DNA of 64,000 nt from Candidatus Eiseniibacteriota bacterium (lineage in GTDB: Bacteria; Eisenbacteria; RBG-16-71-46), in assembly GCA_044223005.1 (NCBI GenBank), contig JBGAML010000019.1, positions 37,501 through 101,500 of the forward strand. Reading direction: 5' to 3'. Positions 1 through 8,507 of this stretch are shown here, piece after piece. The first letter of the stretch is position 1; every line of letters starts with the position of its first letter. Made by a program: the position numbers and the translations under genes. Below the pieces are notes generated by a model. The model ran no database searches. It saw only the letters and a list, made by a program, of their open reading frames with translations, and was not told the DNA's origin.

Positions 1-153
1 ACGTGTCTCGACCACCTCGAGATCCTCGCGGGGATCCGCGATCGCGACGCCGCGCGCGCCGTGGCCGCGGTGAGGCGCAACATCGACTGGGGCCGCCGGA
101 ACGTCGAGGCGGCGCTGAAGGACGCGCTCTTCCGTGCGTACGCCTCGGCATAG
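1..153 (+). CDS. 3' end of a GntR-family (FCD domain) transcriptional regulator, truncated by the window edge
   Basis: Frame 1 reads TCLDHLEILAGIRDRDAARAVAAVRRNIDWGRRNVEAALKDALFRAYASA-stop. The H-x2-I-x3-I-x2-RD-x3-A pattern is typical of the FCD C-terminus. Not in the ORF track. Confidence 0.65.
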   Translation, partial: TCLDHLEILAGIRDRDAARAVAAVRRNIDWGRRNVEAALKDALFRAYASA

Positions 154-1099
154 GCCGCATCGCGCCGCCGCGACGAGCGTCGGCCCGTGCGTGCCCGCGG
201 GCGACTTCGCCTTCGCGGTGCACAGCGCATTCCGCGCCGCGCTCAACCTGTGCGTCCCCGGACGGCGGAGCCTCGTGACGTTGCTCGCGCCCGACGCGGA
301 GGACCAGCCCAACGCCGTCCGGCTCGCGGGTCCCGTCCGGTTCGACGAGTGGCCCGTCGCTCCCGGCGACTCGGGGCGCCGCGAGGGCGACCGGATCGTG
401 TTCGACGGACCGCCGGGGGAAGGCGTCACGAGCGTCGACCTCGCACCGGCGACGCACACGCGCGAGCGCTCACTGGCCCCGCTCGCGCCGGGCGATCCGG
501 CGTGGCGCGCCTCGTGGCGCGCGTGCGCGCGGGCGCTCGAGGCGCTGCAGGCCGCCGCGGGTACGGAACTGCGCCTCGCGGAGGTGCTCGGCACCGTGGC
601 GGCGTCCTCGGCGATCGGCCGGCGGATGGCCTCCGCCGCGCGCGACCTCGAGGACGGCATCCGCGCGGTGAACGCCGCGAGCGCCGCCCGGGCGGCGTCG
701 CGCATCCTCGGGCTCGGAGGCGGACTGACGCCCGCCGGCGACGACTTCCTCTGCGGCCTCGGCGCGGCGCTGCACTGCACGAGCGCCGGGCACGGGACGG
801 ACGCGGAGTTCCTGCGCGCGTGGGGCGAGGACGTTTCGTCGCGCCTCGACGCGACGAACGCGGTGAGCGCGACGTTCCTCGAGTGCGCGATCGCCGGCTC
901 GTTCGGGGCCGCGATGTGCGATTGGACGTGGGAGATGGCGCGGGGCGTCACGGGCGGAACGAGCCCCGGACTCGCCGCGGCGATGGGCAGGGTGTGTGCG
1001 ATGGGACACAGCTCCGGTACGGACACGGCCACGGGATTCCTGTTCGGCCTCGCCGTGCGGAACGACCCGGAAATGAGGCGATATGCTGCATCGATTTGA
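134..1099 (+). CDS. DUF2877 family protein (YlbF/YahE-like; associated with allantoin/oxamate and purine catabolic clusters); start uncertain
   Basis: Motifs LGLGGGLTPAGDDFLCG, TNAVSATFL and GHSSGTD. The stop overlaps the next gene. Confidence 0.8.
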   Translation: MRTPRHRPHRAAATSVGPCVPAGDFAFAVHSAFRAALNLCVPGRRSLVTLLAPDAEDQPNAVRLAGPVRFDEWPVAPGDSGRREGDRIVFDGPPGEGVTSVDLAPATHTRERSLAPLAPGDPAWRASWRACARALEALQAAAGTELRLAEVLGTVAASSAIGRRMASAARDLEDGIRAVNAASAARAASRILGLGGGLTPAGDDFLCGLGAALHCTSAGHGTDAEFLRAWGEDVSSRLDATNAVSATFLECAIAGSFGAAMCDWTWEMARGVTGGTSPGLAAAMGRVCAMGHSSGTDTATGFLFGLAVRNDPEMRRYAASI

Positions 1100-1898
1100 A
1101 TATCTCGCACCCCGCGGACGGGCCGAGTTGCTCGACGTGCTCGCCGCGCGCGGGGCGTCGGCGATACTGCTCGCGGGCGGCACCGACGTGCTCGTGAACA
1201 TCCGCGCGGGCTCTGCCACGCCGAAGACCGTCGTCGACGTGAAGCGCGTCGACGGCTGGAGCGGACTCGGCTGGGATCCGGCCACGGGGCTGGAGATCCG
1301 GCCCGGCACGACCGTCAACCAGCTGCTCGCCGAACCGATCGTGCGCGAGAAGTTCCCACTGCTCGTGGCCTGCGCGCGCGACCTCGCGTCCTACCAGATC
1401 CGCAACCGCGCGACGGTGATCGGCAACATCGTGAACGCGTCCCCCTGTGCCGACATGGCCCCGGCGCTGCTCTGCCTGGACGCGACGGCGCACGTCGCGT
1501 CGGCGCGGGGAACGCGCGAGATCGCGATGCGCGAGTTCTTCACCGGCGTCAAGCGCACGCAGCTGGCGCCGGACGAAGTGCTCGAACGTGTGGTGGTGCC
1601 TGCCGCCTCGGCCGGCGCACGCGGCGACTATCGCAAGCTCAAGCGCATCCACGGCCACGACCTCGGCATCGTCGGCGTCGCGGTGATGAAGCACCGCGGC
1701 GAGCTGCGGCTGGGCATCAGCTCCGCGGCGCCGAAGCCGGTACTCGTCGATGGCCTCGCCGAATCGGCGACCGTCGACGAGGTCGCCGCCGCGGCGCGCA
1801 AGGCCATCTCGCCGATCAGCGACGTGCGGTGCACGAAGGAATACCGGGAGCACATGGTCGAGATCTTCGCCCGTCGGCTCCACCAGGAGGTGGCGTGA
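1083..1898 (+). CDS. Xanthine dehydrogenase/CODH family FAD-binding (medium) subunit
   Basis: LAGGTD, ASYQIRNRATVIGNIVNASPCAD and SPISDVRCTKEYR motifs. Confidence 0.93.
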   Translation: MLHRFEYLAPRGRAELLDVLAARGASAILLAGGTDVLVNIRAGSATPKTVVDVKRVDGWSGLGWDPATGLEIRPGTTVNQLLAEPIVREKFPLLVACARDLASYQIRNRATVIGNIVNASPCADMAPALLCLDATAHVASARGTREIAMREFFTGVKRTQLAPDEVLERVVVPAASAGARGDYRKLKRIHGHDLGIVGVAVMKHRGELRLGISSAAPKPVLVDGLAESATVDEVAAAARKAISPISDVRCTKEYREHMVEIFARRLHQEVA

Positions 1899-2383
1899 TG
1901 ACGATCCGGTTCACGCTCAACGGCCAGGCCTACGAACGCGACGTGGAGGGGCATCGCACGCTGCTCCACTTCCTGCGCGAGGACCTCGGCTACACCGGCA
2001 CCAAGGAAGGCTGCGGCGCCGGCGAGTGCGGCGCGTGCACGATCCTCGTCGACGGTGAGGCCGTCAACGCCTGCATGATGCTCGCGCCCGAGGCCGACGG
2101 CCACGCGCTCGAGACGATCGAGGGCGAGGCGAAGCACGGCCAGCTCACGGCGATCCAGAAGGCGTTCGAGGACAACCATGCCGTGCAGTGCGGTTTCTGC
2201 ACCGGGGGCCTCGTGATGGCAGTGCGCGATCTCCTGCGCCGGCACCCGCAGCCCACGCGCGAGCAGATCCAGGAAGGCATCGAGGGCAACTTCTGCCGGT
2301 GCACCGGCTACCAGCAGATCCTCGAGGCCGTGTTCGAGGCCTCCGGCCAGTCCGCCGAGAAGGGAGGGCTGCGCCGTGCTTGA
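1898..2383 (+). CDS. Xanthine dehydrogenase family 2x[2Fe-2S] (small) subunit
   Basis: GTKEGCGAGECGACT...NAC and QCGFCT...NFCRCTGY. The ATG at 1898 overlaps the upstream TGA and follows AGGAGG. Confidence 0.95.
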   Translation: MTIRFTLNGQAYERDVEGHRTLLHFLREDLGYTGTKEGCGAGECGACTILVDGEAVNACMMLAPEADGHALETIEGEAKHGQLTAIQKAFEDNHAVQCGFCTGGLVMAVRDLLRRHPQPTREQIQEGIEGNFCRCTGYQQILEAVFEASGQSAEKGGLRRA

Positions 2384-4787
2384 GCACCTGGACCCGAAGG
2401 ACATGAAGTTCGTCGGCAACGACGCGAAGCGCTCCGAGGTGACCAGCAAGGTCACCGGGGACGCGATCTACGCGAGCGACATGGCGTTTCCGGGCATGCT
2501 GCACGCGCAGGTGAAGAAGAGCCCGCACGCGCGGGCGAAGATCCTGCGTATCGACACCGCGAAGGCCGAGGCGTTGCCCGGCGTGCGCGCGGTCCTGACC
2601 GGGCGCGAGCTCGACTACCGGCTCGGGCTCTACATCGTGGACAAGCACATCCTCGCCAAGAACGAGGTGCGTCACTACGGTGAGGCCGTGGCGGCGGTCG
2701 CGGCCGACACGCTCGAGATCGCGAAGCGGGCCGTGGACCTGATCGAAGTCGAGTACGAGGTCCTGCCCGCCGTGCTCAGCCACATGGACGCGCTGAAGGA
2801 TGGTGCGCCGCTCGTGCACCCGGATCTCGGCTCGTACGACTACGTGGCGGCCGCGTTCACGCCGGTGCCGAACACGAACATCGCCAACCTCACCAAGCTC
2901 CGCAAGGGCGACGTCGAGCAGGGCTTCGCCGAGGCGGAGTGGACGATCGAGCGCGAGTACACGAATCCCTCGGTGCAGCACGTGCCGATGGAGACGCACG
3001 TCACGATCGTGGAATGGAAGACCGGCGACCAGGTCACGATCTGGTCGAGCGCGCAGTCTCCGTTCACGGTGCGCAACCTGTTCTGCTACGCGTTCAAGCT
3101 CCCGCTCAACCAGGTACGCGTGATCGTACCGCACGTGGGCGGCGGGTTCGGCGGCAAGGCCGGCATCCACCTCGAGCCGCTGTGCGCGTGCCTGTCGCGC
3201 AAGTCGGGGGGCCGCCCCGTCAAGTTCCAGGCGACGCGCGAAGAGGAGTTCAGCCTGCTGCCGTGCCGCAGCGCGCTCACGTACCGCATCAAGACGGGCG
3301 TGCGTGCCGGCGGCCGGATCGTCGCGCAGAAGATGACGATGTACTGGGACGCGGGCGCCTACGCCGACTACGCGGTCAACGTCACGCGTGCGTCGGGCTA
3401 CTCCGCCGCCGGCCCGTACGAAATCCCGAACGCGTGGCTCGACGCGTACACGCTCTACACGAACAAGCCGTACGGCACCGCGTACCGCGGCTTCGGGCAC
3501 GTCGAGTTCTTCTGGGGCCTCGAGCGCCACATGGAGCTCGTGGCCTCGGTGATCGGGATGGATCCGCTCGAGTTCCGGCGCCTGAACGCGCTCAAGCCCG
3601 GCGGTCGCACGCTCACCGGAGAGGTCATTACCGAGCACACCGGAGACGTCGTGAAATGCCTCGACGAGGTCTCGCGCTCGATCGGCTACGGCTCGCTGTC
3701 CGCGGCGGAGAAGGCGCGCCAGGAAAAGACGGGCAAGCGCATCGGCAAGGGCGTCGCCACACTGCACAAGGCGCCGGCGATGCCGCCGTTCACGGCCACG
3801 GCCGTGATCGTGAAGATGAACTCCGACGGCAGCGTGAACGTGAATCTCGGGCTCACGGAGATCGGCCAGGGCTCGACGACCGTGATCCAGCAGATCGTCG
3901 CCGAACGGCTCGGGTTCCCGCTCGAGAAGGTCCTGGTCATGGTCGACAAGGACACGTCGCGCGATCCCTACGACTGGCAGACCGTCGCCTCCAAGGGAAT
4001 CATCCTCAGCGGCAATGCGGCGATCCTCGCCTGCGAGGACCTGCTGCGGACCGCGTACGAGGTGGCGGGACAGGTGCTGCGCGCGCAGGCCTGCGACCTC
4101 GGGCACGACGGCGAGAAGATCTTCGTCCGCCACCGGCCGGACCAGTCGGTCACGTTCGCGCAGCTGTCGGTGGGCTACGCGTTCCCAAACGGGAACGCCA
4201 TCGGCGGCCCACTGATCGGCGTCGGCCGCTACGTCGCCCAGGGCCTGTCGAACCTCGACAAGGAGACCGGCCAGGGTAATCCCGCGCTCGACTGGACCTA
4301 CGGCGCCCACGGCATCGTGGCCGAGGTCGATCCCGAGACCGGCGAGTACCGGATCCTCAAGATCGCGTCGGCATTCGACGTCGGCCGCGTCATCAATCCC
4401 GGCATCGTGCGCGGTCAGTGCATCGGCGGCATGATCCAGGGGCTCGGGACGGCGGTCTGCGAGGGCTACATCTACGACGAACAGGGCCACCTGCTGAACC
4501 CGTCGTTCACGGACAACAAGATCCCGACCGCCCGCGATCTCCCGGACGAGATCGAGAGCATCGCGGTGGAGACGCCGCAGCTCGACGGCCCGTACGGAGC
4601 GCGCGGTGTGGGCGAGCACCCGATGATCTCGGTGGCGCCCGCACTCGGGAACGCGATCCTGCACGCGGTGGGAGCGGAGCTGACGCACATGCCGATCCGC
4701 GCCGAGGACGTCTGGCGCGCGATGGGCCGCAAGGAGTCGATCGACAACTGGATCACGAAGACGCCGGTCAAGTCGTGTAAGGTCTGA
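2376..4787 (+). CDS. Xanthine dehydrogenase family molybdopterin-binding (large) subunit
   Basis: KVTGDAIYASD, GGGFGGK, AYRGFG, EIGQG, DVGRVINP...GQCIGGMIQGLG and GARGVGEHP (catalytic Glu position). Confidence 0.95.
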   Translation: MLEHLDPKDMKFVGNDAKRSEVTSKVTGDAIYASDMAFPGMLHAQVKKSPHARAKILRIDTAKAEALPGVRAVLTGRELDYRLGLYIVDKHILAKNEVRHYGEAVAAVAADTLEIAKRAVDLIEVEYEVLPAVLSHMDALKDGAPLVHPDLGSYDYVAAAFTPVPNTNIANLTKLRKGDVEQGFAEAEWTIEREYTNPSVQHVPMETHVTIVEWKTGDQVTIWSSAQSPFTVRNLFCYAFKLPLNQVRVIVPHVGGGFGGKAGIHLEPLCACLSRKSGGRPVKFQATREEEFSLLPCRSALTYRIKTGVRAGGRIVAQKMTMYWDAGAYADYAVNVTRASGYSAAGPYEIPNAWLDAYTLYTNKPYGTAYRGFGHVEFFWGLERHMELVASVIGMDPLEFRRLNALKPGGRTLTGEVITEHTGDVVKCLDEVSRSIGYGSLSAAEKARQEKTGKRIGKGVATLHKAPAMPPFTATAVIVKMNSDGSVNVNLGLTEIGQGSTTVIQQIVAERLGFPLEKVLVMVDKDTSRDPYDWQTVASKGIILSGNAAILACEDLLRTAYEVAGQVLRAQACDLGHDGEKIFVRHRPDQSVTFAQLSVGYAFPNGNAIGGPLIGVGRYVAQGLSNLDKETGQGNPALDWTYGAHGIVAEVDPETGEYRILKIASAFDVGRVINPGIVRGQCIGGMIQGLGTAVCEGYIYDEQGHLLNPSFTDNKIPTARDLPDEIESIAVETPQLDGPYGARGVGEHPMISVAPALGNAILHAVGAELTHMPIRAEDVWRAMGRKESIDNWITKTPVKSCKV

Positions 4788-4807
4788 CGCGCCGGCGCCG
4801 GAACGCG

Positions 4808-4840
4808 CGGGCCGCCACCGGGACTCCCGGTGGCGGCCCG
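4808..4840 (+). terminator. GC-rich hairpin just after the molybdoenzyme operon
   Basis: CGGGCCGCCACCGGG-ACT-CCCGGTGGCGGCCCG is a perfect 15-bp inverted repeat 20 nt after the stop. It has no U-tract. Confidence 0.55.
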
Positions 4841-4882
4841 TCGCCGTTCGCGCGGCGCCGCGACACGTCCCGGAGATCCCCG

Positions 4883-5704
4883 ATGCGCCGTCCGATCCTC
4901 GCGCTCCTGCTGCTCGCGACGCTGCTGCCCGCGCCGGCCTTCGCCGCGTCGCGCGATTCGCTCGTCGTCGTCACGCTCAACCTGTGGCACGACCAGCACG
5001 ACTGGCCCGCCCGCCGCGGCCGCATCCTCGAGGCGATCCGTGCGATCCGGCCGGACGTGCTCTGCCTCCAGGAGGTGCTGCAACACGCGACGCTGCCCAA
5101 CCAGGCGATCGCGCTGGCGGAGAGCCTCGGCTGGCACGCGAACTTCGTCTCCGTCGACAGCGTCACGCGCGTCAAGCGCTACGGCAACGCGATCCTGACG
5201 CCGCACCGTGTGCGCCGCGAGGACGGCGTGTTCCTGAAGCCGCTCGACGACTGGCGCGTGGCGGCGCACGTGCGGATCCGCGTGCGCGGCCACGACGTGG
5301 ACGTGTACGACACGCACCTCTGCTATACGGACGACGGCGGCCCGATCCGGGCGAAGCAGGTCGAGGACCTGCTCGCGTTCGTCGCGCGCACGCGCGGGAA
5401 GGGGCCGGTCGTGCTCGCCGGCGACTTCAACACGACGCTGGGCACGAGCGAGCTGGCGTCGATCGAAGCGAACTGGATGGACGCCTTCGCGACGGCGCAC
5501 CCCGGAGTCACGGGGGCGGACGCCGTGACGATGAACCCGCGGTTCGACGATCACCCGCGCGCGATCGATCACATCTTCGCGACGCGGGACGGTTCCGCGG
5601 CGGTCCGCTCGTGCGAGATCCTGTTCCGCGAGGCGCGCCCCGACAGCGTCTGGGCCTCCGACCACTTCGGCGTGCGCGCGACACTGGAGCTGCGCGGGCG
5701 CTGA
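4883..5704 (+). CDS. Exported endonuclease/exonuclease/phosphatase (EEP) family protein
   Basis: Signal peptide MRRPILALLLLATLLPAPAFA. Motifs TLNLW, DVLCLQEV, YGNAILT, LAGDFN, IDHIF and SDH. Confidence 0.9.
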   Translation: MRRPILALLLLATLLPAPAFAASRDSLVVVTLNLWHDQHDWPARRGRILEAIRAIRPDVLCLQEVLQHATLPNQAIALAESLGWHANFVSVDSVTRVKRYGNAILTPHRVRREDGVFLKPLDDWRVAAHVRIRVRGHDVDVYDTHLCYTDDGGPIRAKQVEDLLAFVARTRGKGPVVLAGDFNTTLGTSELASIEANWMDAFATAHPGVTGADAVTMNPRFDDHPRAIDHIFATRDGSAAVRSCEILFREARPDSVWASDHFGVRATLELRGR

Positions 5705-5720
5705 ACCCCGCGTCGGGCCC

Positions 5721-6746
5721 TCACTCGCGGCGCGCGTGCACTTCGATGAAGCCGCCGTGCCCGGTGCAGGCCGCGGCGGTCGTCGCGACCAGGCTCGCCG
5801 GGGCGAGCAACGGCGCCAGCAGCGCCAGCGCGCCGAGGTTCCACGTCCATTCCGCGGCGCTCGTGTCCGCGGGCACCTGCTGCTTGGCCAGGTTGGAGAG
5901 GAAGTGGCGGCGCGTGAAGGCCCAGTCCAGCGTGCTGTGGAAGAGCGCGTACGGGTCGTACTGGAACGAGCGGTGCCGGATCTCGATCACGTGCATTCCC
6001 GCGCGCTCGAGCGTCCGGCGGAGCGTCGCGGGGGTGTAGTGCGCGAGGTGGCGCGGCACGTCGAGCCCCCACCAGCGTTCGCCGGTCAGCCGCGCGGAGA
6101 GCCCCTCGAGGTTCGGGACCGATGCGACCAGCACGCCGCCCGGCCGCAGCATGTGCCGGCAACGGAGCAGCAACGGCATCGGCTCGCCCACGTGTTCGAG
6201 TACCTGCCACATCGTGATCGCATCGAGCGATCCGCGGCCGAAATCGAAGGCCTCGAGCGAGCCGCAGGCGAAGCGCCCGTGCGCGTGGCGGCGCACGATC
6301 GCGAACGCGGCCGGTGAGGGGTCGATTCCGGTCGCCTCCCAGCCGTGCCGTGCCATGTGTTCGACGAAGCGTCCATCTCCCGACCCGATGTCGAGCAGGC
6401 GCCCGCGCGGCACGAGTCGCTCGATGCGGCGACGGCGGCTCGACTGGATGGCCGCGAGGACCGCGCGCGCGAGTGCGCCTCCGGGCCCGGCCGCCGGGTA
6501 GTAGAACGCGCCGTCGTAGAGCGCATCGATCGCATCGGGATCCGGCCGCGGCGTGAGGTAGGTGAGGTCGCAGGCGGCGCAGCGGAGGAGCTCGAACGGC
6601 TCCGCGAGCCGCGGATCGGCGGCTCGCACGCGCCCTACGCACTGCGCGCGTGACGAGCGGCACGCAGGACACTGCGGCGCGGGACGAGGGATGGGCGCCG
6701 GCGCGGTCTCGGCGGTCTCGAAGGCGATGCTGGACATGGGGCTCAT
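5721..6746 (-). CDS. Class I SAM-dependent methyltransferase with N-terminal Cys4 (putative Zn) motif; start approximate
   Basis: CPAC...CAAC, LLDIGSGDG, DAITMWQVLEHV, LRPGG and PRHL. Confidence 0.85.
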   Translation of the reverse strand: MSPMSSIAFETAETAPAPIPRPAPQCPACRSSRAQCVGRVRAADPRLAEPFELLRCAACDLTYLTPRPDPDAIDALYDGAFYYPAAGPGGALARAVLAAIQSSRRRRIERLVPRGRLLDIGSGDGRFVEHMARHGWEATGIDPSPAAFAIVRRHAHGRFACGSLEAFDFGRGSLDAITMWQVLEHVGEPMPLLLRCRHMLRPGGVLVASVPNLEGLSARLTGERWWGLDVPRHLAHYTPATLRRTLERAGMHVIEIRHRSFQYDPYALFHSTLDWAFTRRHFLSNLAKQQVPADTSAAEWTWNLGALALLAPLLAPASLVATTAAACTGHGGFIEVHARRE

Positions 6747-7116
6747 GGCGGACTCCTCGAGCGGTCGCACGGGGGAGCGGTGGGCCGCGATGGGTCGTCA
6801 TCGCAAGCCGCAGGCCGCGTGTTCGGCTGTGAAGCGCTTCGCGCAGCGGCATCACTCAGGCGGTTGCGGGGCAGGGACTTGAACAAGACACCTGACGCGA
6901 CGCGCGAAGCGCCACGCCGGTCCGCCCGCCCGTATTGCCCGGCTTGGGCTGTCCCTCCGTGGAGCCGTCTCGCGGAACATGGAGCGCACGGGCGCCGCCG
7001 TTTCCCCGCGGGTTCGTGCCGCGTGGACGTGCGCCGCGCAGGGCGCGGACGATGGGCCGCCACCGCCGATGCACGTACTCCGCGCCTGAACGATCGACCT
7101 TCCCGAGGAACCCACC

Positions 7117-8397
7117 ATGACCGATCGCCCGCTGCTCTATCCCGAGGATCGCATTCCGCTCGGCCGCCTGGTGCCCATGGGACTGCAGCACGTGGTCGCC
7201 ATGTTCGGCGCCACGGTGCTGGCCCCGGTGATCATGGGTTTCGATCCGCAGACCGCCATCTTCTTCTCGGGGGTGGGCACACTCATCTTCCTCGCCTCGA
7301 CGCGCATGCGAGTGCCCAGCTACCTCGGCTCGTCGTTCTCGTTCATCGGCCCCGTGCTCGCGGTGACGGCGGGGGACTCCGCGCGGATCCCGGACGCGCT
7401 CTGCGGCATCGCCGCGGCGGCGGTGCTCTACGCAATCGCAGCGTGGATCACGATCCGTCGCGGGCCCGGCTGGATCGACGCCCTCATGCCGCCGATCGTG
7501 ACGGGAACGGTCGTCGCGATCATCGGCCTGAACCTCGCGGGCTCGGCGGTGGCCAACGCGATCAACGCGGACTTCGCGATCCGCGACCGGCACGACCTGC
7601 TCGTGGTCCTGGTGGCGGTCGTGACGTTCCTCACCGCCGCGCTCGTCTCCATTCACGCGCGTGGCTTCCTGCGGCTGCTGCCGGTGCTCGTCGGCGTCGT
7701 CGTGGGCTACGCGTTCGCCGCCGCGGTGGGGCTCGTCGACGCGCAGGCGTTGGACGCGATGCGCCACGCACCATGGATCGGCCTGCCGGCGTTCCGTACG
7801 CCGCGCTGGAGCCCGCACGCGATCCTCGCGATCGCGCCGGTGTTCGTGGTGCTCGTCGCGGAGAACAAGGGCCACATCGCCGCGATCTCGGCGTACCTGC
7901 ATCGCGACCTCGATCGCTGGCTCGGGCGCGCGTACCTCGGCGATTCCATCGCCACGTTCGTGTCGGCCATGGGCGGCGGCACGCCCCAGACGACCTACGC
8001 CGAGAACATGGGCGTCATGGCGATCACGCGCGTCTTTTCGTCGTGGAACTTCCTCGCGGCCGCGGCGATGGCCGTGCTGCTGGGGCTCTGCCCGCGCTTC
8101 GGGCTGCTGATCCGTACGATTCCCGCACCGGTGCTGGGCGGGGTGACGCTGATTCTCTACGGCCTCATCGCGCTCATGGGCGTGAAGATCTGGCTCGACG
8201 CGAAGGTCGACTTCGCCGACCACCGCAACATGGTGATCGCGGGCACGTCGCTGATCGTGTCCACGGGGCTGGGAGTCAAGGGCGTCACGGTCGGGGGGAC
8301 GAACATCGCGGGCATCGCTCTCGGGACCGTGCTGGCGCTGGTGATCCACCTGCTTCTCCGGCCCGGGGCGAAGGGGAGCGTGCCGACCGCTGGATGA
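7117..8397 (+). CDS. NCS2 family uracil/xanthine permease (UraA-like)
   Basis: GLQHVVAMFGATVLAP, PSYLGSSFSF, PPIVTG, ENKGH and TTYAENMGVMAITRV; polytopic membrane protein. Confidence 0.93.
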   Translation: MTDRPLLYPEDRIPLGRLVPMGLQHVVAMFGATVLAPVIMGFDPQTAIFFSGVGTLIFLASTRMRVPSYLGSSFSFIGPVLAVTAGDSARIPDALCGIAAAAVLYAIAAWITIRRGPGWIDALMPPIVTGTVVAIIGLNLAGSAVANAINADFAIRDRHDLLVVLVAVVTFLTAALVSIHARGFLRLLPVLVGVVVGYAFAAAVGLVDAQALDAMRHAPWIGLPAFRTPRWSPHAILAIAPVFVVLVAENKGHIAAISAYLHRDLDRWLGRAYLGDSIATFVSAMGGGTPQTTYAENMGVMAITRVFSSWNFLAAAAMAVLLGLCPRFGLLIRTIPAPVLGGVTLILYGLIALMGVKIWLDAKVDFADHRNMVIAGTSLIVSTGLGVKGVTVGGTNIAGIALGTVLALVIHLLLRPGAKGSVPTAG

Positions 8398-8507
8398 CGC
8401 GTTCCTCGGGCGTCGCGAGCCGGACCGCGATTTCCCGTTGACGCTGGACGCGCGCCGCGTTTTCCTCCGTCTCGTACCGGGCGGGACCGGACGGGGGAGT
8501 TCACCGC

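Noticed and set aside
2376..4787. Aerobic CO dehydrogenase (coxMSL-like gene order)
   Set aside because: The active-site loop reads AYRGFG, not the form I VAYxCSFR or form II AYRGAGR. Gene order alone is not diagnostic.
6750..7116. Purine riboswitch or PyrR attenuator ahead of the NCS2 permease
   Set aside because: No recognisable purine-riboswitch core, PyrR-binding loop or U-tailed terminator. An Rfam scan would be needed to exclude them fully.
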